From: a virus
Virus record (IMG/VR): IMGVR_UViG_3300036851_000176
Span: 1-64,000 of that record
Reading direction: 5' to 3' (one strand)
Length of the DNA stretch: 64,000 nt
Below the pieces are notes generated by a model. It searched no databases. It was given only the letters and a program-made list of their open reading frames with translations, and was not told where the DNA came from. The position numbers were made by a program, and so were the translations under genes. Shown here in pieces: positions 36,484 through 45,857 of the stretch. Position 1 is the stretch's first letter. Each line of letters begins with the position of its first letter.

Positions 36484-37782
36484 TCAGAGAGTAAAGGTGA
36501 TTCGAACTTCGCCCTTAGCTCCCGCCGAAGCAGCCTGGAGGGTCGAAGCCCCGCCTCCGCCCCCACCAATGATGTTTCCCGGGGTGGCAGGGACAGATCC
36601 GACCGCCGGGGAGGACGCTCCTGTGCCGCCCGTGCCAGATGTCCGGCCATCGATCGTCCCTGTTCCAGAGGCGTTCCCCATCGCCCCGGCTGTGCCGCCC
36701 GCTCCGCCAGCACCGGCAGCGACACCAGTGCCTCCCGTGCCGCCAGCGCCGTTATCACCGGCCCCTCCGCCGCCCCCGCCTCCAGACGTGTTAGCGCCGC
36801 CTCCGCCTCCGCCTGTTCCCCCGTTGAAGTTGCCGTTCGTGCCGGTACCGCCGGTCCCTCCCAGTCCGCCCGCTCCCTGTCCACCCACGGCGCCAGCGAC
36901 TCCCTTCAATCCCTTCTTGGCGACGACTACCGTGCTGTCGTAGGTGGAGTCGTTTCCGTCAGCGTCTACCGCTCCGCCTGCGCCGACGACGATGGCCTTG
37001 ACCTCACCTCCTGTGACCGTAACAGCGTTCGTTCGCCGATATTCTCCGCCTCCGCCTCCGCCGGATCCGTTAATGGTACCCATAGAGGCTCCTCCTCCGC
37101 CGCCTCCCCAAGCCTCCACCTTCAGAGATGTCACTCCGGAGGGGACAGTGAAGTTGTCGTTTGCAGTGTAGGCGAACGTATAGGTCCTGGCGGGAATCGT
37201 GATGGGGATACCAAGTTCGGTGTGAGTAATGTCGAAATTGGATACTGATGGAGCGATAGCGACCGAGTTGGTCGGTTCAATCTGGAACTTGTCCACGGTC
37301 GGAGAAACAGCGATCGAGGGCGCGTCAGGATTGATACTGATCTTGTCCACAGTCGGCGATACTGCAACTCCTAGAGCATCGTGGGTCGCCTCAAATTTGT
37401 CGATGGTGGGCGAGACAGAAACCAGCACAGCGTCCGGATTGATGGCGAACATGATCGACAGGGCAATGGCAACATTAAGAGCGCTGAAGAACATCTCCAG
37501 TTTGTCCACAGTCGGGGAAATGGAAACCCCATTGACGGTCACCACTTCAAAATTGTCAATGAACGCCGAGACCGCAATCATATGAGGATCGACTGCTCCG
37601 AAGCCAGGAATCCAGCGCACGATGGCATCGCCTCCTCCTCCTGCTCCTGGGACATCGATCCACGTTGTGCCGTTATAGAGCCTTCCCTTCTGGGAGGCCG
37701 TGTTGTAGTAGAACGCCCCCTCGTCTACTCCGGTCGGATCGGTGTCGGAAGGAGCGAGGACAAGGATGTCAAGAATCTTCAT
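36484..37782 (-). CDS. Virion protein: N-terminal 47-aa module, SPTVDK repeats, glycine-rich C-terminus
   Basis: FTVPSGVTSLKVEAWGGGGGG...GAKGEVRITF. Confidence 0.8.
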   Translation of the reverse strand: MKILDILVLAPSDTDPTGVDEGAFYYNTASQKGRLYNGTTWIDVPGAGGGGDAIVRWIPGFGAVDPHMIAVSAFIDNFEVVTVNGVSISPTVDKLEMFFSALNVAIALSIMFAINPDAVLVSVSPTIDKFEATHDALGVAVSPTVDKISINPDAPSIAVSPTVDKFQIEPTNSVAIAPSVSNFDITHTELGIPITIPARTYTFAYTANDNFTVPSGVTSLKVEAWGGGGGGASMGTINGSGGGGGGEYRRTNAVTVTGGEVKAIVVGAGGAVDADGNDSTYDSTVVVAKKGLKGVAGAVGGQGAGGLGGTGGTGTNGNFNGGTGGGGGGANTSGGGGGGGAGDNGAGGTGGTGVAAGAGGAGGTAGAMGNASGTGTIDGRTSGTGGTGASSPAVGSVPATPGNIIGGGGGGASTLQAASAGAKGEVRITFTL

Positions 37783-37922
37783 GCTACGTCAGTCCATACG
37801 CCAGCAATGAGAATGCGCAACTTGTGTGAGGTCGTGTTGTAGTAGAGGCTTCCGTCGTCGAGTCCGGTCGTGTCCGGGTCACTCGACTTCTGTCCCAAGT
37901 AGATCACGTCAAGCAACTTCAT
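37779..37922 (-). CDS. 47-aa stand-alone paralog of the N-terminus of 36484..37782
   Basis: Hand-translated [47 protein letters not shown]; coupled at both ends. Confidence 0.75.
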   Translation of the reverse strand: MKLLDVIYLGQKSSDPDTTGLDDGSLYYNTTSHKLRILIAGVWTDVA

Positions 37923-38839
37923 CAGTGAACCACCGCTCGGTAAGCATTGGAGGCCGGAGGAAGCAGGAAGATGATGTCCACCGTGTTCGTCGTGGTGTGC
38001 TGAACGGTCGGGAAGACCTCATCCCATGGCGATGAGTTTCGGTAGACGCGAACGTCCAAGTCGCGAGTGCCGAGGTTGTGAGTGACCGTGATGGTCGTGC
38101 TCGTTCCGTCTCCGATCGTTGCCGAGAATCGCGGGGCGTTCGATCCCGTCGCTCCTGCGGGGCCTGTAGCTCCTGTTGCTCCTTGAGTTCCCGCTGATCC
38201 GGTGGCACCAGTGAATCCTCTATCTCCCTGAAGTCCTTCTGGGCCGAGCGGTCCGGTCGCGCCTGTAGATCCTGGCCCTCCATCGCTACCAGCAGGTCCG
38301 GTCGCGCCTGTAGATCCGCTCGCGCCCACCTGTCCCGTCGCACCCGTCGATCCACTCCCGGTAGCACCAGTTGCACCGACAGTTCCAGCAACCCCGACTG
38401 GACCCGTCGCTCCAGTCGCGCCTGCGCCAGTAGCGCCCGTTGATCCCCGTGGACCAGTTTCTCCAGTCGATCCAGTTGCTCCAGTTGTTCCTGCCCCGGT
38501 TGCCCCTGTGGCACCAGTTGCTCCACCGGGATCTCCTTGCGGGCCAGTGGCTCCGGTGGCACCAGTCGGTCCACCGGGGTCTCCGGGATCCCCTTTGGGT
38601 CCTACGACAGGAGCAATTTCAACAACAGAAGTTCCCAGTTCAAGGACGCTAACTTCGGCGTCTCCCTCCTGGCGAATGACAACCTTCGTGATCGTCTCTT
38701 CAGTGACGATATCTGTATCGTCCCCCGACTCGATAACGACCTGCGCGGGAAGTTCCTCGACGCGCAGTTCGGAGCCAGAGGGGTTCTGGACTACGAGTTT
38801 CTCATCGGACTCGTTGATCTCGATTTTCGGATCGCTCAT
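37922..38839 (-). CDS. Collagen-like (GAT-rich) fibre protein
   Basis: GXT repeats; C-terminal [11 protein letters not shown] domain. Confidence 0.85.
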   Translation of the reverse strand: MSDPKIEINESDEKLVVQNPSGSELRVEELPAQVVIESGDDTDIVTEETITKVVIRQEGDAEVSVLELGTSVVEIAPVVGPKGDPGDPGGPTGATGATGPQGDPGGATGATGATGAGTTGATGSTGETGPRGSTGATGAGATGATGPVGVAGTVGATGATGSGSTGATGQVGASGSTGATGPAGSDGGPGSTGATGPLGPEGLQGDRGFTGATGSAGTQGATGATGPAGATGSNAPRFSATIGDGTSTTITVTHNLGTRDLDVRVYRNSSPWDEVFPTVQHTTTNTVDIIFLLPPASNAYRAVVH

Positions 38840-39231
38840 GCGCCCTGCCGTCTATGAAGAACAATTCCTCCCTCCATGAGGCGAACCACGTCGCCGCTCC
38901 CGAAGGTGATGTAGAGGTCATAGACGCCCTGCGCTCGATGCTTGTCCCAATCGAGAGCGGCAGTCGTCTCGTCGTCCATCTCGATCTCGATCGTTCCGGC
39001 CACTCCTCCGAGAGTGATTCCATCTCCGGTTGTGAGGGTGAGAAGCGTCGCTGTCTCCGCGCCAGGGTTGGGACTTCTGTCGCGCTCGCGCTTCGTGATC
39101 ACCAGAGAAGCCGTGCATCCGGTGAGGTTTTCGGGGTCCCCGTTCTCGTCGAGCCAGGTTCCCTGGAAGCGAAAGGTTGCCCCCTGGTTGACCGTCAGGG
39201 CGTATTTAGCTGGTCGGGTCGGCAGAGCCAT
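38836..39231 (-). CDS. Putative structural beta-sandwich protein
   Basis: QGATF...LTGCTA...GVYDL; own -10 element. Confidence 0.65.
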   Translation of the reverse strand: MALPTRPAKYALTVNQGATFRFQGTWLDENGDPENLTGCTASLVITKRERDRSPNPGAETATLLTLTTGDGITLGGVAGTIEIEMDDETTAALDWDKHRAQGVYDLYITFGSGDVVRLMEGGIVLHRRQGA

Positions 39232-39267
39232 AGCACAATCCTACCAGGATCGCAAATTCCCTGGAGG

Positions 39268-39507
39268 TTACGGCAGCGTGTTCGCGTACGTCGAAGCGAT
39301 AGCGATGACTCGCTTGATGGCCTTGGCGTCTACGGCGCCCGTCTGATCCTTGATCACGGCAACGCCCTTCAGGACGCAGAGGGCAGCCAGTTCAGCGTCA
39401 GTGAGGGTTACTCCGTCTCGATAGGAGAGGGAACCCACGTCTACGCCTCCGACGTTAACGTTCAGGAGGTCAGCCTCGGTTCCGTTGATCACGGTGTAAG
39501 CTACCAT
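39268..39507 (-). CDS. 80-aa module protein, copy 2
   Basis: YTVINGT...NVNVGGVDV..SYRDGV. Confidence 0.8.
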   Translation of the reverse strand: MVAYTVINGTEADLLNVNVGGVDVGSLSYRDGVTLTDAELAALCVLKGVAVIKDQTGAVDAKAIKRVIAIASTYANTLP

Positions 39508-39526
39508 GGCGGCAGTGTACCACGGC

Positions 39527-40483
39527 CTAGGCCAGGGTGTTCAGGTACTTTCCGGCCTTCCAGATCGCCTTAGTCTCGGCATGGGTGAGGTCATCGGCGA
39601 AAACCATTACCCCCTTCGTGGCGCAGAGCGCCGCCAGTTCCGTATCGTTGAGAGCGACTCCCTGTCGATAAGACATGCTGGCTACATCTACTCCCGCAGC
39701 ATTCACATTCGAGAGAGTCTCCAGAGTTCCGTTGACGACCGTGTAGGTGACTGCTGCTGCGGCTGATCCGGCTGTCCACAGGTCCGAAATGTTCTGTGCG
39801 GTGAAGAGGGTACTGTGATACGAAACCTCATCCACGATCGCGTCAGGCTGGCCGAGAAGTTGGAACGAGTCGAGCGCGATGGACGTTCCGACGATGAACG
39901 GCGTGTTCGCGGCGACACCCGCCAGCACACCCTGTGACGCGCCCCCGTTCGCGCCCACGTTGTCAAAGTAGAGGTTGACATCTCCAGCGCTGTCGTACGT
40001 CACCGCGCACATATGCCGGACGCCAACAGATGGACTCACCTTGATTTGGTAATCAGTCTGCGTGGTCGGAGCCGTGAAAACAGAGAATCCCAGGAGGTCT
40101 CCGATGTCAGGGTTGGCATACTGAACTACCCATCCCTCCGCGTTCGCTCCCCCGCCTCCGATGTCCTGGTCCACGCAGTTAACGATGTCTCCGGAGACGG
40201 CCGTGCGCAGTTTGAGCCAGAAGATGAGGGTGAAGTTGGTGGGCAGGAACGCGGCCTCACCCGCGCGTCGAACTCCGCCGGAGGCGTCTCCGGTCGCGGC
40301 CTCTAGCCCAAGCGCCTTGACTGAATCGTTGACGATCCCGTCCGGGTGCGTGAACGTCTCAACGTACGTGCCGTCGCGGTTGTCGATGCCGCTGTCCTCG
40401 GCGACTGTTCCCGACGTTTCTTCTAGGCGCCAGATGAGGATCGGGTCGGCATCAATCGCAAGAAGTTCATCCAGGTAACTCAC
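39527..40483 (-). CDS. LamG/ConA-like domain fused to C-terminal 80-aa module (copy 3)
   Basis: WRLEETSGT, FTLIFW, HMCAVTYD, VDEVSY; C-terminal YTVVNGT module. Confidence 0.82.
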   Translation of the reverse strand: MSYLDELLAIDADPILIWRLEETSGTVAEDSGIDNRDGTYVETFTHPDGIVNDSVKALGLEAATGDASGGVRRAGEAAFLPTNFTLIFWLKLRTAVSGDIVNCVDQDIGGGGANAEGWVVQYANPDIGDLLGFSVFTAPTTQTDYQIKVSPSVGVRHMCAVTYDSAGDVNLYFDNVGANGGASQGVLAGVAANTPFIVGTSIALDSFQLLGQPDAIVDEVSYHSTLFTAQNISDLWTAGSAAAAVTYTVVNGTLETLSNVNAAGVDVASMSYRQGVALNDTELAALCATKGVMVFADDLTHAETKAIWKAGKYLNTLA

Positions 40484-40839
40484 AGTTCGTACCTCTGTAG
40501 GTATTCAGCACCGGCTTTGAGTAGGGCCGGGTCGTCCTGAAGGAGGCCCAAACCTCGATTGCAGGTGTTGCAAAGGAGTCCCCTGACCTGTCCTGTCTTG
40601 TGGCAATGATCCACTGACAGATGGCGCCGTCCTTGCGCCTGCTCCTCCGGCTTGCGAGGACAAAGAGCACAATGCCCTCCCTGAGCGGCCAGCATGGCGT
40701 AGTAGTCCTCCTGCGTCAGACCGTGCTTCCTGAGGATTCCGCGCCAGCGCGAGTTTCTGTTGTGCTCAGCGGCTCTCTCCGGATTTCGCGCGCACCATCT
40801 CTGATGTGGAGTCAGACCGTCCTCGATCTTGTGGCTCAT
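40480..40839 (-). mobile_element. Endonuclease VII-type homing endonuclease
   Basis: CALC...VDHCHKTGQVRGLLCNTCNRGLG. Confidence 0.9.
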
Positions 40840-41966
40840 AGCTCATACCATCCGGCTCCCCACAGCGTGTACAACTGCTTGAACCAGCGATCAAACTCCT
40901 TGCCGACCACTTCGAGGCTGTAGTTCTTCTCGGCGTACTTGCGGATCTGCGCGGGCTTGCACTTCTTGATCGCCTCTTCGGTGGCGTCCATCCCCTGCTT
41001 CAGCGTGCGGAAGCGCCGACCAGCTACCGGCTGCACGGTTTCCGCGAACGCGCCCCAGTCTGAGGCCACGACAGGCGTGCCAGAGAACATAGCCTCGACG
41101 GCCACTCCGCCGAACGGTTCGATGTAGATCGTTGGGACGATCACCGCTGCTGCACGAGACATCAAGTCAGCTCTCTGCTGAGCGCCCACCTCACCGGCGT
41201 AGAACAGATCTCCTTCCAGCCGACCTTCAGAATAGGCAATGTGATTAGGACCCCATTCCAGCGCGCCAGGTCCGGCGACAACGAGTTTGCGTCCAACTTG
41301 ACGAGCGATTTCAGCCGCGATGTGCGGCCCCTTTCGCTCGACAAGTCTCCCGATGTAAAGAAGGTAGTCGTCCTTCTTGTCCGAAACGTAGAAGTCGTCC
41401 GGATCGAAGAAGTTCGGGATCACTTGATCGAACGCCCGTCCGTTGATGAACTCTCGATTCTGGTGATAGACGCTCTGTTTGCCGTAGACGTGGTGCATCC
41501 ACGCATAGGACTCGAACGCACAGAATTTCGTGAAAATCCCCTCGTATCCAACGCCCCACTCGATCGCCAACAGGTTCGTCGCGTCAGCGATCGGCTTTTG
41601 ACAGTTACCACCGATGAGGAGAAGCAAATCTTGATCGTCTTGCACCCGCTCGCGAATCGCCGAGATGGCGCGATCGTTCATCGTTTTCCAGTAGATCTGG
41701 TTTGGATCCCAAATGAGAGGAGTCAGAACGGTGTCGAATCCTTCACCGCCAAACCAACCGGCTCTCTCTTCCTCGGTGATGAGCATGACATGCTCAGCCT
41801 GGTCGGCAGGAACCTCGTTCTGCTCACCGGCATAGAGGACGATGTCGTACATAGACGACATCATCTTGCAAAATTTGAGAACCTTCATGGTATACGCGCA
41901 ACTTAGATATTCCCTCGTTGTTGCGGTATGGGGAAGGCTCACCAGGTGCAACCTCTTCTTGCTCAT
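40836..41966 (-). CDS. GT4 glycosyltransferase
   Basis: YIGRLVERKG, EPFGGVAVEAMFSGTPVV. Confidence 0.9.
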   Translation of the reverse strand: MSKKRLHLVSLPHTATTREYLSCAYTMKVLKFCKMMSSMYDIVLYAGEQNEVPADQAEHVMLITEEERAGWFGGEGFDTVLTPLIWDPNQIYWKTMNDRAISAIRERVQDDQDLLLLIGGNCQKPIADATNLLAIEWGVGYEGIFTKFCAFESYAWMHHVYGKQSVYHQNREFINGRAFDQVIPNFFDPDDFYVSDKKDDYLLYIGRLVERKGPHIAAEIARQVGRKLVVAGPGALEWGPNHIAYSEGRLEGDLFYAGEVGAQQRADLMSRAAAVIVPTIYIEPFGGVAVEAMFSGTPVVASDWGAFAETVQPVAGRRFRTLKQGMDATEEAIKKCKPAQIRKYAEKNYSLEVVGKEFDRWFKQLYTLWGAGWYEL

Positions 41967-41994
41967 CCGCACTCCTCGAACTCGTGAAGTCGCA

Positions 41995-42687
41995 TCATGC
42001 AACCTGAGAAAAGCCGAATTGTCTTTGAACAGATGGGTGTTTGGTTTCATCAGCGACGAAGTTTGCGTCCGTTCCTTGCTTGATGAGATGACGACCGTTG
42101 CCCGAAAAGTCAGGTAGTGGAGCGGCCATGCCGTAGATCGGCGCGTAGATCATCAAACCCGATCGACGAATGAGAAGAGGAGAAACTCCCTTGTAGAGAA
42201 GACCGATCTGCGCATCCGTAAGAATTGCGTTCCAGAGAGAAAACTCAGCAATCCATCCTGCCATCCCTGATCCGGCGGAACCGCCAGAGTAGGCGTTGGC
42301 AACTCCCAACGCAACCGGCCCATCGTTAACTCCTCCAGTTCCATCTCCAGAAGTGGTCTGAATGACTCCATCCAGAGCACATGTGATCTCGTCACTTCCA
42401 CGTCTGCCGACGATGTGATGCCAAGCGTTCAGGGTAACCGCCGTCGAGTGCATCTTGTTCGGGTGCCCAGAGTTTGTCTTGGCCCCGAACTGAACTTGGT
42501 TTGTCCCTCCGCCCACACCGGCGTCCAGGTTCCAGCGCGGCTCACCTCCGCCTGGGTTCTTGCGAACCAACATCCCTGCTGTGGTCATGTAGACCCAAAT
42601 AGACACTGTGATGTTGCTGTCTACCTGCCAAGTGGTGTCGGTAGTGCCGAACCCCTTGTCGTTTCCTCCGGGAACTTTCCAGGACAT
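41995..42687 (-). CDS. LamG/ConA-like protein
   Basis: ITVSIWVY, WHHIVG, IAEFSLWNAILT. Confidence 0.8.
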   Translation of the reverse strand: MSWKVPGGNDKGFGTTDTTWQVDSNITVSIWVYMTTAGMLVRKNPGGGEPRWNLDAGVGGGTNQVQFGAKTNSGHPNKMHSTAVTLNAWHHIVGRRGSDEITCALDGVIQTTSGDGTGGVNDGPVALGVANAYSGGSAGSGMAGWIAEFSLWNAILTDAQIGLLYKGVSPLLIRRSGLMIYAPIYGMAAPLPDFSGNGRHLIKQGTDANFVADETKHPSVQRQFGFSQVA

Positions 42688-43545
42688 TTAGTTCACATCA
42701 CAGACCAGCCAAGCACCGTGCAGTTCAGTGTTGACTGTCAGATCGTCATTGGCGTGAGCGCCATCGTGTTTCACTTGGACAATGAGAAGGTCTCCGGCAG
42801 AAGGAGCGTTTGTAAGTGTAAAGGTAACCTTCTTGCGAAGACGAGCAGTCGCCGGAACGGTGATGTCCTGAGCAGTTTCGGCTGTCAACGTCGCCGGATT
42901 AAGGGATCCTCCATCAGCTACGTTCTTGCTCAGAACAATCAAACGTGTCACACCGGAAGTAGCGTTCGCACTGATTTCAAGCACGATCTTCGCAGCCGGA
43001 GTTGCGGCGAGATTCTCTGGCACGCGCACTCGTCCAAAAAGGTTGCCCAACACATCCTTCGTAAATTCCCAGTGCCAGTTCTCGTAAGCGGTCAGGACAG
43101 AAGCCGTTGGGAATACGTTTCCTTGGTTCGCATTTTGCTCAGGATTCTGAAGATCGATCGGTCGATCTTCGGTATGGGTGGCAGCGCCCGCACCCGTCGC
43201 TCCTGCGGGTCCGGTTGCTCCAGTGGATCCAACACCTCCTGATGCGCCAGTGGCTCCTGTTGCCCCAGCGGCTCCGGCTGATCCGGCTGTTCCGGTTGCT
43301 CCTGTTGATCCTTGTGGACCCGTGGCTCCCGTGTTTCCGTCAATTCCGTCTGTTCCATCCGCACCAGTCGGGCCTGTTGTTCCTTGCGGGCCAGTTGCTC
43401 CTGTTGCCCCAGCAGATCCGTTCGACCCTGCTGGTCCTGTTGCGCCCGTAACTCCCGCACCCGTCGCTCCCGTCGCACCAGTGGCACCATCTCCTGAGCC
43501 GCCCAGTGGCCCTCGGAGTTGCTCGTTGTCAATAAGAGTCGCCAT
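42688..43545 (-). CDS. Collagen-like (GAT-rich) protein with globular C-terminal head
   Basis: GXT repeats then a beta-rich domain; TATGAT-N6-ATG. Confidence 0.85.
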   Translation of the reverse strand: MATLIDNEQLRGPLGGSGDGATGATGATGAGVTGATGPAGSNGSAGATGATGPQGTTGPTGADGTDGIDGNTGATGPQGSTGATGTAGSAGAAGATGATGASGGVGSTGATGPAGATGAGAATHTEDRPIDLQNPEQNANQGNVFPTASVLTAYENWHWEFTKDVLGNLFGRVRVPENLAATPAAKIVLEISANATSGVTRLIVLSKNVADGGSLNPATLTAETAQDITVPATARLRKKVTFTLTNAPSAGDLLIVQVKHDGAHANDDLTVNTELHGAWLVCDVN

Positions 43546-43560
43546 TTCTAGATCATACCT

Positions 43561-44541
43561 CTACCACGAAATCACAATGACTTCGCCACGAGCGCCAGCG
43601 CCGCCCACTGCGGACCCTGACGTTCCGGTGCCCGCCCCACCGCCACCGCCGCCGGGGATTCCTCCCGCTCCTCCTGTTGCTCCGGTACCTGATTTCCCGT
43701 TTCCGCCACCCCCGCCACCGTTAGCCAATCCCGTGCCGGTACGGGACGCTGGTGTTCCTCCTGGGTCTCCTGCGTTTCCCCCATCCCCGGCAGTTCCAGT
43801 GACGGCAAAGTGAGATCCACCGCCTGAATCTCCCACAGATGCACTGTCATTCCCCCCGCCGCCGCCACCGCCTCCGCCATACTGAGAGATGCAAGCACTT
43901 CCGATATTTCCACTTGAACCTCCTCCGCCGCCGAAGACGGGGATGCCCATGGCTTGCCCGATAGAGTAGTCTCCTCTTCGTCCGCTTGACCCACCGAACA
44001 TGGAAGCAGGCATGTTGGCTTGACCCGCAACTCCTGCGCCGCCTCCGGGTCCTCCACCCGCTCCCGGAGTAATGGTCGCATTGTTAGTTGATCCGTTTCC
44101 TCCGACCCCAAATCGTCCGCCCCCGCCTCCGCCAGCGCCCTGAGCGGTTCCACCACCGCCGCCACCCGCTCCGCCCCCAAACGCTTTGATCCAGTTTCCG
44201 AATGATGATGGATTTCCTGCTGTTCCCGCCGCGCTTCCTGTTCCTCCAGCTGCCTGAGCGCCGACCGTGACAGACTCGGTAACTGCTAGTGAAGACGTGG
44301 ATACCAATAGCCCAGCCCAGGCTCCGCCTCCACCTCCGCCTCCGCCTCTCGTGGTAGTTGTTCCGCCTCCTCCACCACCACCTCCGATGCAGATGATGTA
44401 TGACCAACGTGCGCCGAGCGGACGAATCCAAGTTCCGTTTCCAGTGAACACCTGAACATCGACCCCTTGACCAGCATTTTTTCCCATTAGTCGGGAGTCG
44501 AGAATTTCAAGAAGCCAAGGTGGTGGTGTGATGTTCTGCAT
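43561..44541 (-). CDS. Glycine-rich virion protein
   Basis: DVQVFT..GTW.RPLG.RW..IICIGGGGGGG...GEVIVISW. Confidence 0.8.
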   Translation of the reverse strand: MQNITPPPWLLEILDSRLMGKNAGQGVDVQVFTGNGTWIRPLGARWSYIICIGGGGGGGGTTTTRGGGGGGGGAWAGLLVSTSSLAVTESVTVGAQAAGGTGSAAGTAGNPSSFGNWIKAFGGGAGGGGGGTAQGAGGGGGGRFGVGGNGSTNNATITPGAGGGPGGGAGVAGQANMPASMFGGSSGRRGDYSIGQAMGIPVFGGGGGSSGNIGSACISQYGGGGGGGGGNDSASVGDSGGGSHFAVTGTAGDGGNAGDPGGTPASRTGTGLANGGGGGGNGKSGTGATGGAGGIPGGGGGGAGTGTSGSAVGGAGARGEVIVISW

Positions 44542-44547
44542 CGCGTC

Positions 44548-45513
44548 TTACCAGCAAATGACGATCACTTCGCCGCGACCTCCTGAGCCACTGACGCCAC
44601 CCGTCGTCGTTCCAGCCCCTCCGCCACCACCGCCACCCCCTGGAACCTGTCCGCTGCCTCCAATTCCTCCTGTGGTGGTGCTACCACCTCCGCCACCGCC
44701 ACCAGATCCCGCTAGACCAGATCCCGTTCTTGACGCAGGAGTCGTTCCATTTGCTCCGGTAGCGCCACCGGCGCCGCCTCCTCCGACGTTAGTGGTTGGT
44801 ACTCCACCACTTCCTCCTCCGGCGCCGCCAGAGACCGCTGCGTTTCCTCCTCCTGATCCTCCCCCTCCTCCGCCAAACACGGATGCCCCGGCCGAGTTAC
44901 CGGCCGCACCGGAAGCGCATCCTGCCCCGCCGCCACCGCCGTAATGGGGCACGCCCAGGTTCGTGGTAAGAAATGCCGTGCTGCTGGTTTGCCCTGCCCC
45001 TCCACCTCCGACTCCTGTGGGCATAGCTCCAGCCGCAGTAGCTCCCCCAGGGTTACCACCCGCGCCACCCGCTGTAGATCCGACAGACCCTCCGCCCTGT
45101 AGTCCTCCGCCGCCACCACCCCCAGATGTTGTGGATGATCCACCAGCGCCGCCTCCCCCGCCACCACCAGCCTGCAACCATCCTCCGAACGATGAAGTTC
45201 CTCCAGCCCCTCCTGCGCTGTTTGCAGCAGCATTTGAACCAGCCGCTCCGACCGTAACGGATTCGGTAACGCCTAGAGAGGAAACAAGAACAAGAGCATC
45301 CTGTCTAGCTCCACCTCCACCTCCACCCCCACCGGAGCCTGTTCCGGATCGACCACCACCACCTCCACCGCCGCCTCCGATACAGATGATCCATGCCCAG
45401 CGCTTTCCGAGCGGTCTCGTCCATGTACCGCTGATGGTGAAAACCTGAACGTCAACCTCGTCGAGCGATCCGAGGTTCGCGTCGAACAGACCCAGTGCTG
45501 GCTGCTTAGCCAA
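44548..45513 (-). CDS. Glycine-rich virion protein, tandem paralog of 43561..44541
   Basis: Same N- and C-terminal signatures. Confidence 0.8.
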   Translation of the reverse strand: MAKQPALGLFDANLGSLDEVDVQVFTISGTWTRPLGKRWAWIICIGGGGGGGGGRSGTGSGGGGGGGGARQDALVLVSSLGVTESVTVGAAGSNAAANSAGGAGGTSSFGGWLQAGGGGGGGAGGSSTTSGGGGGGGLQGGGSVGSTAGGAGGNPGGATAAGAMPTGVGGGGAGQTSSTAFLTTNLGVPHYGGGGGAGCASGAAGNSAGASVFGGGGGGSGGGNAAVSGGAGGGSGGVPTTNVGGGGAGGATGANGTTPASRTGSGLAGSGGGGGGGSTTTGGIGGSGQVPGGGGGGGGAGTTTGGVSGSGGRGEVIVICW

Positions 45514-45516
45514 GGC

Positions 45517-45834
45517 TTAACTCTGATCGAGACCGGATACCGTGAGAGTCAAACCAGTCCCGCCCGTGTTCGCCTGAAGAGTTTCAGTTCCAGCCATGAC
45601 AATGAAGCAATCATGATTGAGAATTCCGCCTGCTGGAATCGAGATTTGAGGGATGATGAGGTTGGCGTCAAGAACTCCACCGATTCCCAACTTGAAGAGA
45701 ATTGCGGCAGCACTCCCGTTCACAACTCGGATGTTCCGCAGCGTATAGGTATGTCCAGTTGTTCCAGTAAACGGTGTGCTCGTACCGCTGGCGAGGTTCG
45801 CAGGTCCGAAGATTCGTGAAAGGATGTTAGGCAT
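45517..45834 (-). CDS. Small structural beta protein
   Basis: 105 aa; TAAGAT-N6-ATG. Confidence 0.65.
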   Translation of the reverse strand: MPNILSRIFGPANLASGTSTPFTGTTGHTYTLRNIRVVNGSAAAILFKLGIGGVLDANLIIPQISIPAGGILNHDCFIVMAGTETLQANTGGTGLTLTVSGLDQS

Positions 45835-45857
45835 AGCGGTATCTTAACAGCCCGGAA

